This document shows, in pieces, positions 8,646-18,587 of a DNA stretch of 35,576 bases. The notes below the pieces were generated by a model. The model ran no database searches and was not told the DNA's origin. It saw nothing but the letters and a program-made list of their open reading frames with translations. This DNA comes from a virus (lineage: Duplodnaviria; Caudoviricetes): positions 1 to 35,576 of IMG/VR virus record IMGVR_UViG_3300033122_000198. One strand, written 5' to 3'. The first letter of the stretch is position 1, and the number at the start of each line of letters is the position of its first letter. Made by a program: the position numbers and the translations under genes.

Positions 8646-10067
8646 TTAGGATCTAGTTCTAGGGCCCTTTTCGGCTCTTTTACGTTTGTTCTCAATTATT
8701 TTCAACAAACGCTGATATTCTCTTTCCACTCTTCGCTTTTTAGCTTCAACCTGTTTTTCTATCGCACCCGCATCAAGATTTCTTGTTCCTGCTAGTGCAG
8801 CATCGAGTCTCTCTTCGGCATTTTGAAGCTCTCGTTCAGCACGTTGAAGACCTCTGTCCTGAGAAACAATCTCTCTTTCTTGAGGAGTTAGGTTGAGAGA
8901 AGTGAATTGCGGTGGAACAGGTTCTTCAACTTTTGAAGTTTCATCAGGTTCTGTAGGTTCTTCATCTTTTGGAACCGGAGTTTCGTCGGGAGCCGGAGCC
9001 GGAGTTTCGTCGGTGGCTCTTACATCAACCTCAAACAACATCTCACCAGAAGCTCCGTCCATGAAGTACACTTTGTTAGTGACTTTATCCTGATAGAATC
9101 GGGCTCCGTTCTTTTCCAACGCTTCTCTATGTTTTTGCGGTATGAGTGCGAGTGCAGAAGCATCGTCTTTTGGCATCTCTTGACCTGTTGCACCCGCAAC
9201 TATTCTACCTATAGTCGATGCCTTAGAAGGAGATGCTTGACCTGTCATTCCCATCAAATTTGCGTTCAACTTGGCTTCGAATTGATCTGGATCATTGCTT
9301 GTCGATTCACCTACAGCTTCCGCATATCTTGTCGTGAAAGGAACGGTTTCATCTCCAAGGCGACTTCGCAGCCTTGTGGCTGAATCTGTTGCAGAGATAA
9401 AGGATTGATCAAACAAGTCTTGTTGTTTTGGCGACAGGGATTGTTTAAATGCTTCAGCGTTGGGGTACACTTGTCCATCAGGACCCATTATGGTGCCTTG
9501 AGTGGTAAAAGACCCACCCGTTCGGTTGATAGCTTCTTTTAACGAGGATGTCATTCCTGACAATCTTAAAGATGCCTCTTTGTAATCTCGATCTAACTTC
9601 GCGTCGTCTAGAGCACGAGCCATTTCAGCTTCTTTCAAAGTCATGGCAAACTCAGTTTGTCGGTTTTTGGCAAGATCCTCGGCAGATTCCGTTATAGCTT
9701 TTGCAATATTTGTTGTGGCAGAGGTGCTCTCGCCCCCAGCAATACGCGCACCAAGTTTTATCAAATCAAGAGCGGATTGTTCACGCGCTCGAACAGGATC
9801 CGAGATCCCAGACATACGCTCGTACATCCCTGAGAATCCGGGTCTAGCGACTAGTTCTTCACCCTGCATTTCATAGCCCGCGGGTGTGATGCCTAGCATT
9901 GAAGCAAGACCGCCATTTCTAAAATTCTGAACAGGTTGTTGAGGCATCATGTTCGGTGCCACTTGTTGTACCTGATCAGCAAGTTCCTTGGACGAGGCTA
10001 GAATCCCGATCGCTTGACGAGCTAAACCAGGCTTGCGAAACAATTTACGATTTGCGCCCTTCATCAT
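8646..10067 (-). CDS. Internal virion protein
   Basis: Helical/coiled-coil with a Pro/Glu linker and an FRNGG motif near the N-terminus; lies in the ejection-protein block. Confidence 0.65.
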   Translation of the reverse strand: MMKGANRKLFRKPGLARQAIGILASSKELADQVQQVAPNMMPQQPVQNFRNGGLASMLGITPAGYEMQGEELVARPGFSGMYERMSGISDPVRAREQSALDLIKLGARIAGGESTSATTNIAKAITESAEDLAKNRQTEFAMTLKEAEMARALDDAKLDRDYKEASLRLSGMTSSLKEAINRTGGSFTTQGTIMGPDGQVYPNAEAFKQSLSPKQQDLFDQSFISATDSATRLRSRLGDETVPFTTRYAEAVGESTSNDPDQFEAKLNANLMGMTGQASPSKASTIGRIVAGATGQEMPKDDASALALIPQKHREALEKNGARFYQDKVTNKVYFMDGASGEMLFEVDVRATDETPAPAPDETPVPKDEEPTEPDETSKVEEPVPPQFTSLNLTPQEREIVSQDRGLQRAERELQNAEERLDAALAGTRNLDAGAIEKQVEAKKRRVEREYQRLLKIIENKRKRAEKGPRTRS

Positions 10068-11035
10068 GGATTGCTGCTCCCAGTGTATGCAAACGGATTA
10101 CCAAATCCGCGAGCAGCACCCAGAAGCGCGATTCCAGTTCCAAGTAATTCAGACTTCTTGCTTCCGGTGGGTACGCTCTGTTGTGTAAATGTTGTCGGAG
10201 TTGTTGGCTGCCCGGCAAATATGTCAGCACCAAACGCAAGGTCTTTCATCGGCTGGGCAAGCTGATCTTGTTTTGTTTGCAACTGAGCATCCAAGATACC
10301 TTGGTTGTACATCATTTGGTCTTTGCCAAGTTGCTGTAGTGTTGACACGTCTTGAAGACCCAACGCTTGTGCTTGTTCACCCAACTGCGCTGCCATAACA
10401 CCCGCTTGACCCATTTGCGTACCTGTTTGACCAAGCAGTCCTGCGATACCAAGTTGACGTTGTTTCTCGTTCTCAAATGCTTGCATAGCCATATCAGAAG
10501 CTGTTGTGAAACCCTGGTACTTCATCTTCCCAATCAGTTCCATTCGATCACGCTCAAAGTCACGAGCGGCCGCTTGCTGTTGTAGTCTGGCTCGAGTTCC
10601 GCCAAAGGCTCCCGATTGTACAGCCTGATCCCGCAACTTTTGTTCGCTCAACAACTGGTCTTCGCGGATTCTTTGAAGCGCAGGGTCAAGAACCATTGCC
10701 TCATACGGGTTCATAAACCGATCAATTCCAGATGGATCGAATTGTCCACCAGCTAATCTTGCCATGTCTGCTTGCTGTGTGGCGTAGTCAGCAGCCATGC
10801 TGGTGTAGTCGCTTGCTTGATCCAGATATGGTTGATATGCGCCAATACCAGCTTGAGCTAAATTTTCTGCTTGTGTAAGAAGTTCAGGACGATCAGCGAT
10901 ATAAGAGGCATAGTCGATAACCTCTTTCGGAGAATCCATGTAGGCTTGAAGCGACTCTAAAAGGTCTACCTGAAAATCCGTCTGATGAGGCTGGAGCTCT
11001 ACTTTTTGAATTGTTGTCTGTGTCTGTGTTGACAT
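10064..11035 (-). CDS. Internal virion protein (Gln-rich pilot/ejection protein)
   Basis: Gln/Ala-rich, FMNPY and SGAFGGTR motifs, C-terminal hydrophobic GTGIALLGAA helix. Confidence 0.7.
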   Translation of the reverse strand: MSTQTQTTIQKVELQPHQTDFQVDLLESLQAYMDSPKEVIDYASYIADRPELLTQAENLAQAGIGAYQPYLDQASDYTSMAADYATQQADMARLAGGQFDPSGIDRFMNPYEAMVLDPALQRIREDQLLSEQKLRDQAVQSGAFGGTRARLQQQAAARDFERDRMELIGKMKYQGFTTASDMAMQAFENEKQRQLGIAGLLGQTGTQMGQAGVMAAQLGEQAQALGLQDVSTLQQLGKDQMMYNQGILDAQLQTKQDQLAQPMKDLAFGADIFAGQPTTPTTFTQQSVPTGSKKSELLGTGIALLGAARGFGNPFAYTGSSNP

Positions 11036-12561
11036 TAGGCCATACTCTCAAGTTTATTCATCATCTTGTACATCTCTGCGGCACCTTTTTTACGGCTACC
11101 ATTACCCATACCACGAACAGCTTTTGCAGTCATTACGAACTCGCCGTCAGACAGCATGGCTGGGATACTATCAGAGGTCCCAGTTCCGGGACCCGAGACT
11201 GCGCCTCCGGCGGCTGCGAACTTTGGCTGTCTACCAGTGCCAACTACTTGCGGTGCTAGGAACGTACCTGTTTTGGGGTCGTACATAAGACCACCAAATA
11301 CTTCACCCTCACCCGGATCATACGGAACATACGCTTCCCCTTGACCCACTTGCTCTTCTTCCCCTGTGAGTAAGCCGCCACCTATCATTGTGAGTCCAGC
11401 AAGGTTAACAAGATCTGTAGGATTCTGTGGTTTTAGGAAACCGGGTATTTTAGATCCAATTCCTGCTTCTGCTGCATTAGCAGTAGGACCGCCACCAATG
11501 CCTAAGTTCTTCGCAATATTACTTGGTTTCATGTAGCTAAATGCGCCCTGTTTTTCTGCAACCTTTTGAGCGAACGTGTTGGGATTGTAACCGGGAGATG
11601 TATATGTAAGGGAGGTTTGCGGTGAACCAACGATTCCATCTCCTATCAATCGTGAACCAGTTGCAACATCCCCTGTAACTGGCTGAATGTTTATCAAGCC
11701 ATCTTTACCAACTGTAACAAACGGATCGGTAGCAGCCATTCCTGACTGTGCTGCGGTTACTGGGCCTGAACCGGGTGCTTTAAATCCGGGAGTTGTGCCC
11801 GCGCCAAACTGACCTTCCATAAAGGGTTTGCCTTTACTAACATTACCAAAGCCTTTGAGAGCACCTACAGTAAGACCCGCGGTTGCTCCCATTTTGAGTG
11901 CGTCTTTGAAACTTTTGCCCTGTATCAGACCACCAATACCAGTGCCAAGAGCCGCTGTTCCGGCTGCACCTAATCCACCGATAAATCCACCGATACCCCC
12001 TGCAATACCACCCATGCCAGCCAATGCTGTACCGATACCCGGCAAGACAAACGGCAGAACGATGGGAGCTATTTTCTTAAACGCTTTCTTAATTTTTTTG
12101 AACGTTTTGGAAAGCCAGCCAAATTCCATCAACCCTGTGTTTGGGTTTCGTGCAACAAGGTCACCGCCCACTATAAACTCTTCGGGGTCTAATCCTTCTT
12201 TGCGGATCAGCGTGAAAATTTGATCTCGAACTTCTGGATAGTATTTTATGATTGGAGCAGGAACAATCACCTCACCTTCAGCAACGTGAGCAATTTGATC
12301 GTCATCGAATTGACCCATGTTAGCCAGTTTGTCTGCCATGTCCTGTCTGCTGCCCAAGGAGGCTACTCCACCTTGAGGAGTCAGAGGTTGCTGCATCTGT
12401 TGAGATTGAGGTTGAAGTGAAGGAGAGCTCTGCCTCGCTGCCATAAGTTGTTGCGCTATGTTGCCCAGACCGCCTTGTCCTTCAGCCATCTTCTCCATCA
12501 TTGCATCGGGCGCATTAGCTAATACGTCACCTATGCTTCTTGTCATTGCTGCGTTCATCAT
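11035..12561 (-). CDS. Internal virion protein with tape-measure-like C-terminal GEFV module
   Basis: Gly-rich hydrophobic segment; N-terminal D..IAH..EGE...NP.TGL.EFG module; C-terminal GG..SGPGTGTSDSIPAMLSDGEFV. Confidence 0.7.
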   Translation of the reverse strand: MMNAAMTRSIGDVLANAPDAMMEKMAEGQGGLGNIAQQLMAARQSSPSLQPQSQQMQQPLTPQGGVASLGSRQDMADKLANMGQFDDDQIAHVAEGEVIVPAPIIKYYPEVRDQIFTLIRKEGLDPEEFIVGGDLVARNPNTGLMEFGWLSKTFKKIKKAFKKIAPIVLPFVLPGIGTALAGMGGIAGGIGGFIGGLGAAGTAALGTGIGGLIQGKSFKDALKMGATAGLTVGALKGFGNVSKGKPFMEGQFGAGTTPGFKAPGSGPVTAAQSGMAATDPFVTVGKDGLINIQPVTGDVATGSRLIGDGIVGSPQTSLTYTSPGYNPNTFAQKVAEKQGAFSYMKPSNIAKNLGIGGGPTANAAEAGIGSKIPGFLKPQNPTDLVNLAGLTMIGGGLLTGEEEQVGQGEAYVPYDPGEGEVFGGLMYDPKTGTFLAPQVVGTGRQPKFAAAGGAVSGPGTGTSDSIPAMLSDGEFVMTAKAVRGMGNGSRKKGAAEMYKMMNKLESMA

Positions 12562-12788
12562 GTGACTATCTTTATCGTCCCTGAATCATTATACAACGAC
12601 CCCGTTTCCAAGCCCGATGCGCTAGTTGGTAATGCTGTAAGTACGGCAGTGGTAGCGCGAAGCTGACCATCTGTGTTGACCTGATCAATCAAAAGGGTCA
12701 ACGCTTTTGCAAGATCTGAAACATACGACTGACTATATTCGGGCGGAGCGTTTGCTATGATTGGTGGAACAAGTTCTCGTTGAGGCAT
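12558..12788 (-). CDS. Small tail-associated protein
   Basis: Coupled to the nozzle gene; ends LPTSASGLETGSLYNDSGTIKIV, a short fibre/needle-like terminus. Confidence 0.6.
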   Translation of the reverse strand: MPQRELVPPIIANAPPEYSQSYVSDLAKALTLLIDQVNTDGQLRATTAVLTALPTSASGLETGSLYNDSGTIKIVT

Positions 12789-14932
12789 TATCTTCTCCCA
12801 TCCGGTCTTACATCTACTCTAGGTATCCCCAGTCGCCATTGTGTTCCAGTTCCTGTGTTTTGTATTTTAACAGAAAAACTTCGGCCGCGAAGCCTTAAAA
12901 ACAGTTCGTCCGTGTATTTCTCTACTGTGTCGGACACTTCTTTTGTGACAGTTCCATTAACAGAATCCTGTCCTCCCTGCCCCGGTTTGTCATATCCCTG
13001 CAAGGTAAACGTCACAGTCGGTGTCGCTTGTTCTGATCCGTCAAAAGTAACGTCTGGTATTACCCTGCGGATTAACTGAAACTGATCGCCACTTTCCATG
13101 CTCAACGGACTGCTTTCAATAAAAGCTTGAATGGCTGTAGCAGGAGATGTCGAACCGTCGTCGTTACCAAGCTCGTGATTGTACAAGTATCGATCTGGGG
13201 CAGCAGCTACGGGATATGCACGAATCTCGGCATCAATCCAGGCTGTTCTAGCCAAAGTGCCAAAATACCAAACCTGTTCGGAATAGTTGAACACGACATA
13301 CTTATCGACTTCAGTCGAGTTCTTTGACGGATAGAACCAGAAGACTTCGTAATAGGCTGAGTTCAGCCCCGCTGTGACAAGCTCGCGCTGATCGTTATTT
13401 ATGTCGTCAAACACATAGTCTCGAACAGTGCAGGGGATCTGTTGCGTCCTACCATCGTAAAGATAGAACTGGTTTTCACCCATCCAGAAAACCTGATCGT
13501 TCACCGCTACAACAGCGTTTGGTCCGACGATGCTCAAACCCGAAGCAATTTGGATCAGTCCAAAAGTATTCGGTGCACCGATAAACTGCATGGAGTGCAA
13601 GCTCACATCAGTCCACACCAGAATCTCACGCTTGGTTTCGATAGCCGAGACAAACTTAGAGCCAGATCCAATAATCAAGTCACCAGCATCTGTCCCCGCT
13701 GTCAGAATGTTCCAGTCAACAGCGTTCTCCGCTTTAGAAAAACGTATTAGTAGTGGGTCTTGGGCTGTATCTCCTTGCGCGTTACAGGCAAATGCGATGC
13801 AGTGACGGCTTCTGTCTGAAACCATTATTTGTCTCGCTATGGTGGGTACTTGATCCGCCCCGCTTCGTGCAGTCAACTTCTCTGCTCTGGTAGACAAACC
13901 ATTTGTCTTGTCCCAATAAAAGAGTTCACCGTCCCTTACACAAGAAAGCAGATCTTCGCCAAAGTTATCAAGCGACCAGATCCGAGCTTCACTGCCCGAG
14001 GTTGCCGCAAGAGACGACGCATCACCCCACCCAGTAATCGCGGCGGCACCACGAACAGCCGCACCGTTAGCATGAGCAACACCTGTGCCAGCGGTGGCTG
14101 TGCTACCGTCCTGACCACGAGTAATTCCTGTTAAGGTGTTACTGCTTTTTCCCGTGTATGTGATGACTTCTTTTTCATCTACAACGATTGAACCAGAACT
14201 TGGAAAGCCACTCGCATCCGTAAGTACGATTGAAGTTCCAGAGCCACCCGTGCCAGCAGTGTCGGCATTAAGAGCACCGTTCAATGTTGTTGCCGGATCC
14301 GCAGCAGTCGTGCCACCCCACTGACCAGCACCCCACCCGGTTCCTGACACAATCGTATCTAGACCCGTGTTGATCTGAAACCGAGCAGTTATTGAACTAC
14401 CGCCACCAGCGGTATTACCACTTGAGGCTGTGTCTGATGCAACGGTGAAAGTGTATGTGTTTCCATCAACTACTGTAACTTGGTGCTCTGTGTTTAGTTG
14501 AGCGGCGGTAATTCCGTCAAAAGCTGTAGCACCAGCGATTGTTACAAAGTCATTCGTCACAGCCCCGTGACTTGATTGTGTTACAGTAATTACTTTTGAT
14601 CCTGCTGCACCAGTTTTGAGGGCATCCGTTGACAAAGAGGCAGCGGCGGCACGAAAGGGTGTGATGTCGTAATACTGTGTTCCTTCTTCTATGTAGAGCT
14701 TCAAGTGCGTCCCAAGAGCAACATAGTTTGATTGATCCAAGGCAATCCAGTTGTGCAATTTACGACAGATACCGAGGAACTGACTGTCCGAATATCGTTG
14801 CCAGCCGTTCATTTTTTCAGGAACACCAAACCGAAAACGTATTTTGTCACAGTTGTACCACCCACCCTCGTTCATATAACGGGTGGTTTCTCTATTGATA
14901 CCGGGTCGGAACTGTAGCTTCTGTAACGCCAT
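12788..14932 (-). CDS. Tail nozzle / stabilisation protein (P22 gp10-like, beta-propeller) with inserted beta domains
   Basis: Begins LQFRPGINRE..Y..EGGW; beta-rich with WSLDNFGEDL, FWMG, EVFWFYP, RLRGR and WRLG...PDGRR. Located just before the ejection proteins. Confidence 0.8.
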   Translation of the reverse strand: MALQKLQFRPGINRETTRYMNEGGWYNCDKIRFRFGVPEKMNGWQRYSDSQFLGICRKLHNWIALDQSNYVALGTHLKLYIEEGTQYYDITPFRAAAASLSTDALKTGAAGSKVITVTQSSHGAVTNDFVTIAGATAFDGITAAQLNTEHQVTVVDGNTYTFTVASDTASSGNTAGGGSSITARFQINTGLDTIVSGTGWGAGQWGGTTAADPATTLNGALNADTAGTGGSGTSIVLTDASGFPSSGSIVVDEKEVITYTGKSSNTLTGITRGQDGSTATAGTGVAHANGAAVRGAAAITGWGDASSLAATSGSEARIWSLDNFGEDLLSCVRDGELFYWDKTNGLSTRAEKLTARSGADQVPTIARQIMVSDRSRHCIAFACNAQGDTAQDPLLIRFSKAENAVDWNILTAGTDAGDLIIGSGSKFVSAIETKREILVWTDVSLHSMQFIGAPNTFGLIQIASGLSIVGPNAVVAVNDQVFWMGENQFYLYDGRTQQIPCTVRDYVFDDINNDQRELVTAGLNSAYYEVFWFYPSKNSTEVDKYVVFNYSEQVWYFGTLARTAWIDAEIRAYPVAAAPDRYLYNHELGNDDGSTSPATAIQAFIESSPLSMESGDQFQLIRRVIPDVTFDGSEQATPTVTFTLQGYDKPGQGGQDSVNGTVTKEVSDTVEKYTDELFLRLRGRSFSVKIQNTGTGTQWRLGIPRVDVRPDGRR

Positions 14933-14940
14933 GATAGTCC

Positions 14941-15594
14941 TTACGTTTTGATAACGGCCTTGAGTCTTGTGGAAGGAGAAATTGTATTAATTGCGTTGTA
15001 GTTAACATCTACATTTCCATTAAGATTTGCTGTGTTAGCTTGAATATTATGGTTATGGGCGTGTGCCTGACTGCCCCCCTTACTAGATGTAGCAAAGCTG
15101 GGTTGCACATTGACAGACCCTGCACCGCCATCAGCTATGTTATTTGTATTGCGCTGTATGTCATTAGTCCCCAAAACAAAGTTAGTGTTTACGGTATGGC
15201 TGTGGGCTGGCATTTGATTGACAGTAATTGCGTGTCCAACAATATTACCGTTTACAGAAACGGTTATGCCCTGATTATTATTAAGTATTACATGACTAGC
15301 TGGATCTATGGTGTCGTTTGTGTTACCCGCCGTTGTACCAACATTATTAGAACTTGCGGCTTGAAACAAAAGCGAACGACCATCAAGATTAGGTAGACCG
15401 AACGTTGTGCCTCCATCTCCTGCACCATAAGTAGTTCCAATCGCAGCAAACAAATCAGCATATGCCGTGCGGCTGACGTTAGAACCATCGCAAAGCAAAA
15501 AGCCAGTAGGCAAAGAATTATTAGCCCATGGAATGATGAAGCCTGGAGGGAAGCCCGGAGCACCCGTAGATTTCAAAGCACTATAATTAGTCAT
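14941..15594 (-). CDS. Tail collar domain protein (short fibre)
   Basis: PPGFIIPW...PTGFLLCDGSNVSRTAYADLFAAIGTTYG.GDG.TTFGLPNL.GR is the canonical collar domain; ITVNQMPAHSH metal-binding motif. Confidence 0.9.
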   Translation of the reverse strand: MTNYSALKSTGAPGFPPGFIIPWANNSLPTGFLLCDGSNVSRTAYADLFAAIGTTYGAGDGGTTFGLPNLDGRSLLFQAASSNNVGTTAGNTNDTIDPASHVILNNNQGITVSVNGNIVGHAITVNQMPAHSHTVNTNFVLGTNDIQRNTNNIADGGAGSVNVQPSFATSSKGGSQAHAHNHNIQANTANLNGNVDVNYNAINTISPSTRLKAVIKT

Positions 15595-15925
15595 CGTCTA
15601 GTCCTTCTTCGGCTGTTTCAAGCTCATTAAACCTTTCTTCGGCTACTGCAAGCTCATTAAAAAGATCGACGATTTCTTGAAGATCAGACTTTTCTTCTAA
15701 ATTGCTGGTGTAATTCTGACCGTCTGTAGTTATCTCGAGACAAGTTTTTGTTTGGTCGTCGTATTCAATTGTGTGTAAGTCAGCAGGAAAGCTGTTGATT
15801 AAATACTCCTGAAGACGCGGCTCGGCGGATATAGGAAACCAATCAGGCTGTTCTGGTAAATTAAGCCAGTACGTCTTGTCATCCGATCCAAGCATCATGG
15901 TTTTTTTGTTTACATAATACTTCAT
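15587..15925 (-). CDS. Hypothetical acidic protein (possible fibre chaperone)
   Basis: Lies between two collar genes; acidic composition. Confidence 0.6.
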   Translation of the reverse strand: MKYYVNKKTMMLGSDDKTYWLNLPEQPDWFPISAEPRLQEYLINSFPADLHTIEYDDQTKTCLEITTDGQNYTSNLEEKSDLQEIVDLFNELAVAEERFNELETAEEGLDDD

Positions 15926-15928
15926 GAC

Positions 15929-16690
15929 TCAAATTCGTATCAAAAAGCGACAAACTACATATGGCTGTAGAACATCAACAGCGTTTGAGTTTGCAGAAAG
16001 GTTAGATTGATTAAAAGATGCCGCTCCAGCAGTGTTTTTAGTAATGTTGTGAACATGGCTGCCGTTACCCGATCCAGCAGAACCTACCGAACCAGAAATA
16101 CCGACGAAACCACCAACGTTGTTTGCCGGTCCACTGTTTTGTTGAGCGGGTTGATTTTTTGTAAAAGTTAAATCAAATGCAGGATCATGTACGGTATCGA
16201 GCTCTGTAAAAAGTGGGAGCCCCCTAAAATTACCTTCGTCAGAAGTTTGATCTCTTGCCGTAAATCCGCCATTTGTAGCGTTGTGAGTCCAGTTATGGCT
16301 GTGGGCAGGAATAGACACGTTGGCAGAAGCATTGGCGTATACTGGATCCGTCACAGATATGTTTACTGTTGAACTGCCGAAAACAATGTTTGGAGTTTGA
16401 GCGTTAGCACCACCCGACGAGCCGATATTAAAGTTTGAGCCGTCATCTCCGAGAGGTATTTTGCCTTGAAGATTCGGTATGTTGAAAGTGCTGGCACCAT
16501 CTCCTGCCCCGTAACTCGTCCCGATTACAGCAAACAAATCAGCATAGGTTGTTCTAGAAACCGCAGTGCCGTCGCAACGCAGGAAACCATTTAAAACTGT
16601 TGCTTTCGGCCACGGAATAATTGTGCCTGTTGCGAAATATCCGCCGCTGCTCGACACCGACTCTGACTTGAGAGAGAAGTAGTTCGACAT
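15929..16690 (-). CDS. Tail collar domain protein (short fibre)
   Basis: TGTIIPW...GFLRCDGTAVSRTTYADLFAVIGTSYGAGDGASTFNIPNLQG; IPAHSH and HVH motifs; C-terminal LQPYVVCRFLIR. Confidence 0.9.
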   Translation of the reverse strand: MSNYFSLKSESVSSSGGYFATGTIIPWPKATVLNGFLRCDGTAVSRTTYADLFAVIGTSYGAGDGASTFNIPNLQGKIPLGDDGSNFNIGSSGGANAQTPNIVFGSSTVNISVTDPVYANASANVSIPAHSHNWTHNATNGGFTARDQTSDEGNFRGLPLFTELDTVHDPAFDLTFTKNQPAQQNSGPANNVGGFVGISGSVGSAGSGNGSHVHNITKNTAGAASFNQSNLSANSNAVDVLQPYVVCRFLIRI

Positions 16691-16693
16691 CTA

Positions 16694-17404
16694 CTAGACC
16701 TCCAATAAACGCCAGCCAAAAGTGCTATCCGTATAAACTAACCCAAGTCCCGCATTATTAGTGTCAATGGTCATGTCGGCTGCGGACCCCATAATTTTCT
16801 CACTGTTCCGCGCCACCGTTATATTATTCGTGTTGGCACTTCCCAGATCTATGATTCTGATAATATCGCCCAAGCTGGGAGATCCCGGTAAGGTCATTGT
16901 AATTGCGCTACTCGCAGTATTAACAAAGTAGCCTCGTCCACTAGCCATGGTTGTAGCACTGGTTACAATTGGCTCCCACACAAAACCGCCCGGGTTGCCA
17001 AGAGTTATGTCAACTACGTTCGCGCCTGAACCACCGCCATCACAGTAAATCAGTTTAAAGGTTGATGCGCCTACGGTTACATTAGTCCCGCTACCCTGAC
17101 TGATCACAACATCATGAGTGGTTGCGTTTTGAATGACGTAAACTTTTTCTGTGTCATTCGGCCCAATCGTGACGGTAACAGAACTGCTCAAAGAAGACGT
17201 AAACTTTAGGACAAAGTTACCCGCGTCAGTAGTAGCCCCGTCTGACAGAGAAAGGGTTACATCTCCCGTCAAAGTCACCGCTGCAACACCGCTTACGGCG
17301 TTATCGAGAATATCAAAGTTGGTATTAGTCGTGGTGCCCCAGACACCCGACTGTTCACCAGTACCAATTTTTTCGATTCCAAGATTTGTATATGTAGAAG
17401 GCAT
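16694..17404 (-). CDS. Tail fibre anchor/proximal protein
   Basis: MPSTY..LGIE..GTGEQSG.WG.TTN.N N-terminus; C-terminal GYFVNT...TLP.SPS.GD...LVY.D...GW module typical of fibre proteins. Confidence 0.75.
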   Translation of the reverse strand: MPSTYTNLGIEKIGTGEQSGVWGTTTNTNFDILDNAVSGVAAVTLTGDVTLSLSDGATTDAGNFVLKFTSSLSSSVTVTIGPNDTEKVYVIQNATTHDVVISQGSGTNVTVGASTFKLIYCDGGGSGANVVDITLGNPGGFVWEPIVTSATTMASGRGYFVNTASSAITMTLPGSPSLGDIIRIIDLGSANTNNITVARNSEKIMGSAADMTIDTNNAGLGLVYTDSTFGWRLLEV

Positions 17405-17973
17405 TAGCTTACCCGATCATTCCATGTTTGCGAGGCACTCGTTGCCACATTGCTCCAGGTCTGTGTCGTCCCCTCATTAACTTGTGTAAATGTTTCATCG
17501 GCTCCTGTATCGACAATACCCCAGATAACCGGGGCTGTGACAGAACCTGTGGCAGAGACACCCGTCAAGCTGTAAGCAACAGCATATGTTATGGTGCCTA
17601 CTGAGGTGGTAGCAGAGACTCCTGTGGCCGCAACCGCTACAAAAATCCCAGCAGTAGCAGTTCCTACGGCTGTGGTTCCAGCAACTCCGGTTAAAGTCAC
17701 AGTAACTCCAGTACCTTCGATTACTGTAACACTGTTGACAGACCCTGACAATTGCTGACCTGTAACAGCGTTAGTTACATTTCCTATGAAAGTCACGCTT
17801 CCCAAAGAACTGGTTGCAGCGTTGCCTGTGGCTCCGGTGGTAGCGTCTGTGAGAACCTGAACACTAGTCACAGAGGCCGTGGCCGATTGTCCAGTTGGTA
17901 CAATCGTTACGTCAGGAGTTACGCCAAGGGATGAAAATCCCGCTCTCGAATATGATCTGCCACCAAATGCCAT
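17404..17973 (-). CDS. Thr/Val/Gly-rich virion structural protein
   Basis: Repeated TGxxATxxVGxV beta motif; coupled to the downstream gene. Confidence 0.7.
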   Translation of the reverse strand: MAFGGRSYSRAGFSSLGVTPDVTIVPTGQSATASVTSVQVLTDATTGATGNAATSSLGSVTFIGNVTNAVTGQQLSGSVNSVTVIEGTGVTVTLTGVAGTTAVGTATAGIFVAVAATGVSATTSVGTITYAVAYSLTGVSATGSVTAPVIWGIVDTGADETFTQVNEGTTQTWSNVATSASQTWNDRVS

Positions 17974-17999
17974 GTAGTATTGGTATCACATTCGAATGA

Positions 18000-18572
18000 T
18001 TACTGCCACTCAGGACCTCGACACCAGGCAACTAAAGATTTTCTTGTTCCTTTAGTAACTTTTGTTACCTCGTGCCGAAGATAGGACGGGAAAACAATCA
18101 CCGAGCCTTTGTGAGCAAACTGAGGCTCAGAAAAGGTTTCATCAGTGCCGTGGTGCTGAAAACGCAGTTCTCCTCCCTCGTACTCCGAAGGATCGCTCAA
18201 CTGCATCGACAGAGAAAGCTTTCTCTGTGTTCCGTCTTCTCCGCGTTGCGAGGGGTTTTCTGAATCTGTATGAAATTCGTAGAACATTCCCTCCTCATAT
18301 ACAGTGTACTGAGGAGAAGAGGTATAGGATAGGTTAATATTCCAGCCAGCCTCCATGTTAGCGATATTAAAATAGTGATTGCACAAGCCCATAATCCAAG
18401 AACTTGGTTCAATCCAAGAAATAGAAGAGTCCCTGACCTCTGGTTTCAAACCTTCGAACACAACGCCCTGTTGTAGCGGTAGGGCATCACCAAACTCTGT
18501 GATTGCATCACAAACTTTCTCAGGAATCTTTTTTTCAAACACCCAATATTCTGAATGCTCCAAAGAAAACAT
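18000..18572 (-). CDS. 2OG-Fe(II) oxygenase, PKHD/prolyl-hydroxylase type
   Basis: QYTVY..G.FY..HTD...RKLSLS.QLS.P..YEGGEL...GS.IVFPS...H.V..VTKG.R.SLV.W. GAGGAGG SD. Confidence 0.93.
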   Translation of the reverse strand: MFSLEHSEYWVFEKKIPEKVCDAITEFGDALPLQQGVVFEGLKPEVRDSSISWIEPSSWIMGLCNHYFNIANMEAGWNINLSYTSSPQYTVYEEGMFYEFHTDSENPSQRGEDGTQRKLSLSMQLSDPSEYEGGELRFQHHGTDETFSEPQFAHKGSVIVFPSYLRHEVTKVTKGTRKSLVAWCRGPEWQ

Positions 18573-18587
18573 GCGTCCTCCTCAAGA

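Noticed and set aside
14941-16690. Possible diversity-generating retroelement TR/VR pair between the collar genes
   Set aside because: Similarity is protein-level and N-terminal. There is no near-identical repeat with adenine-specific mismatches, and no reverse transcriptase in the window.
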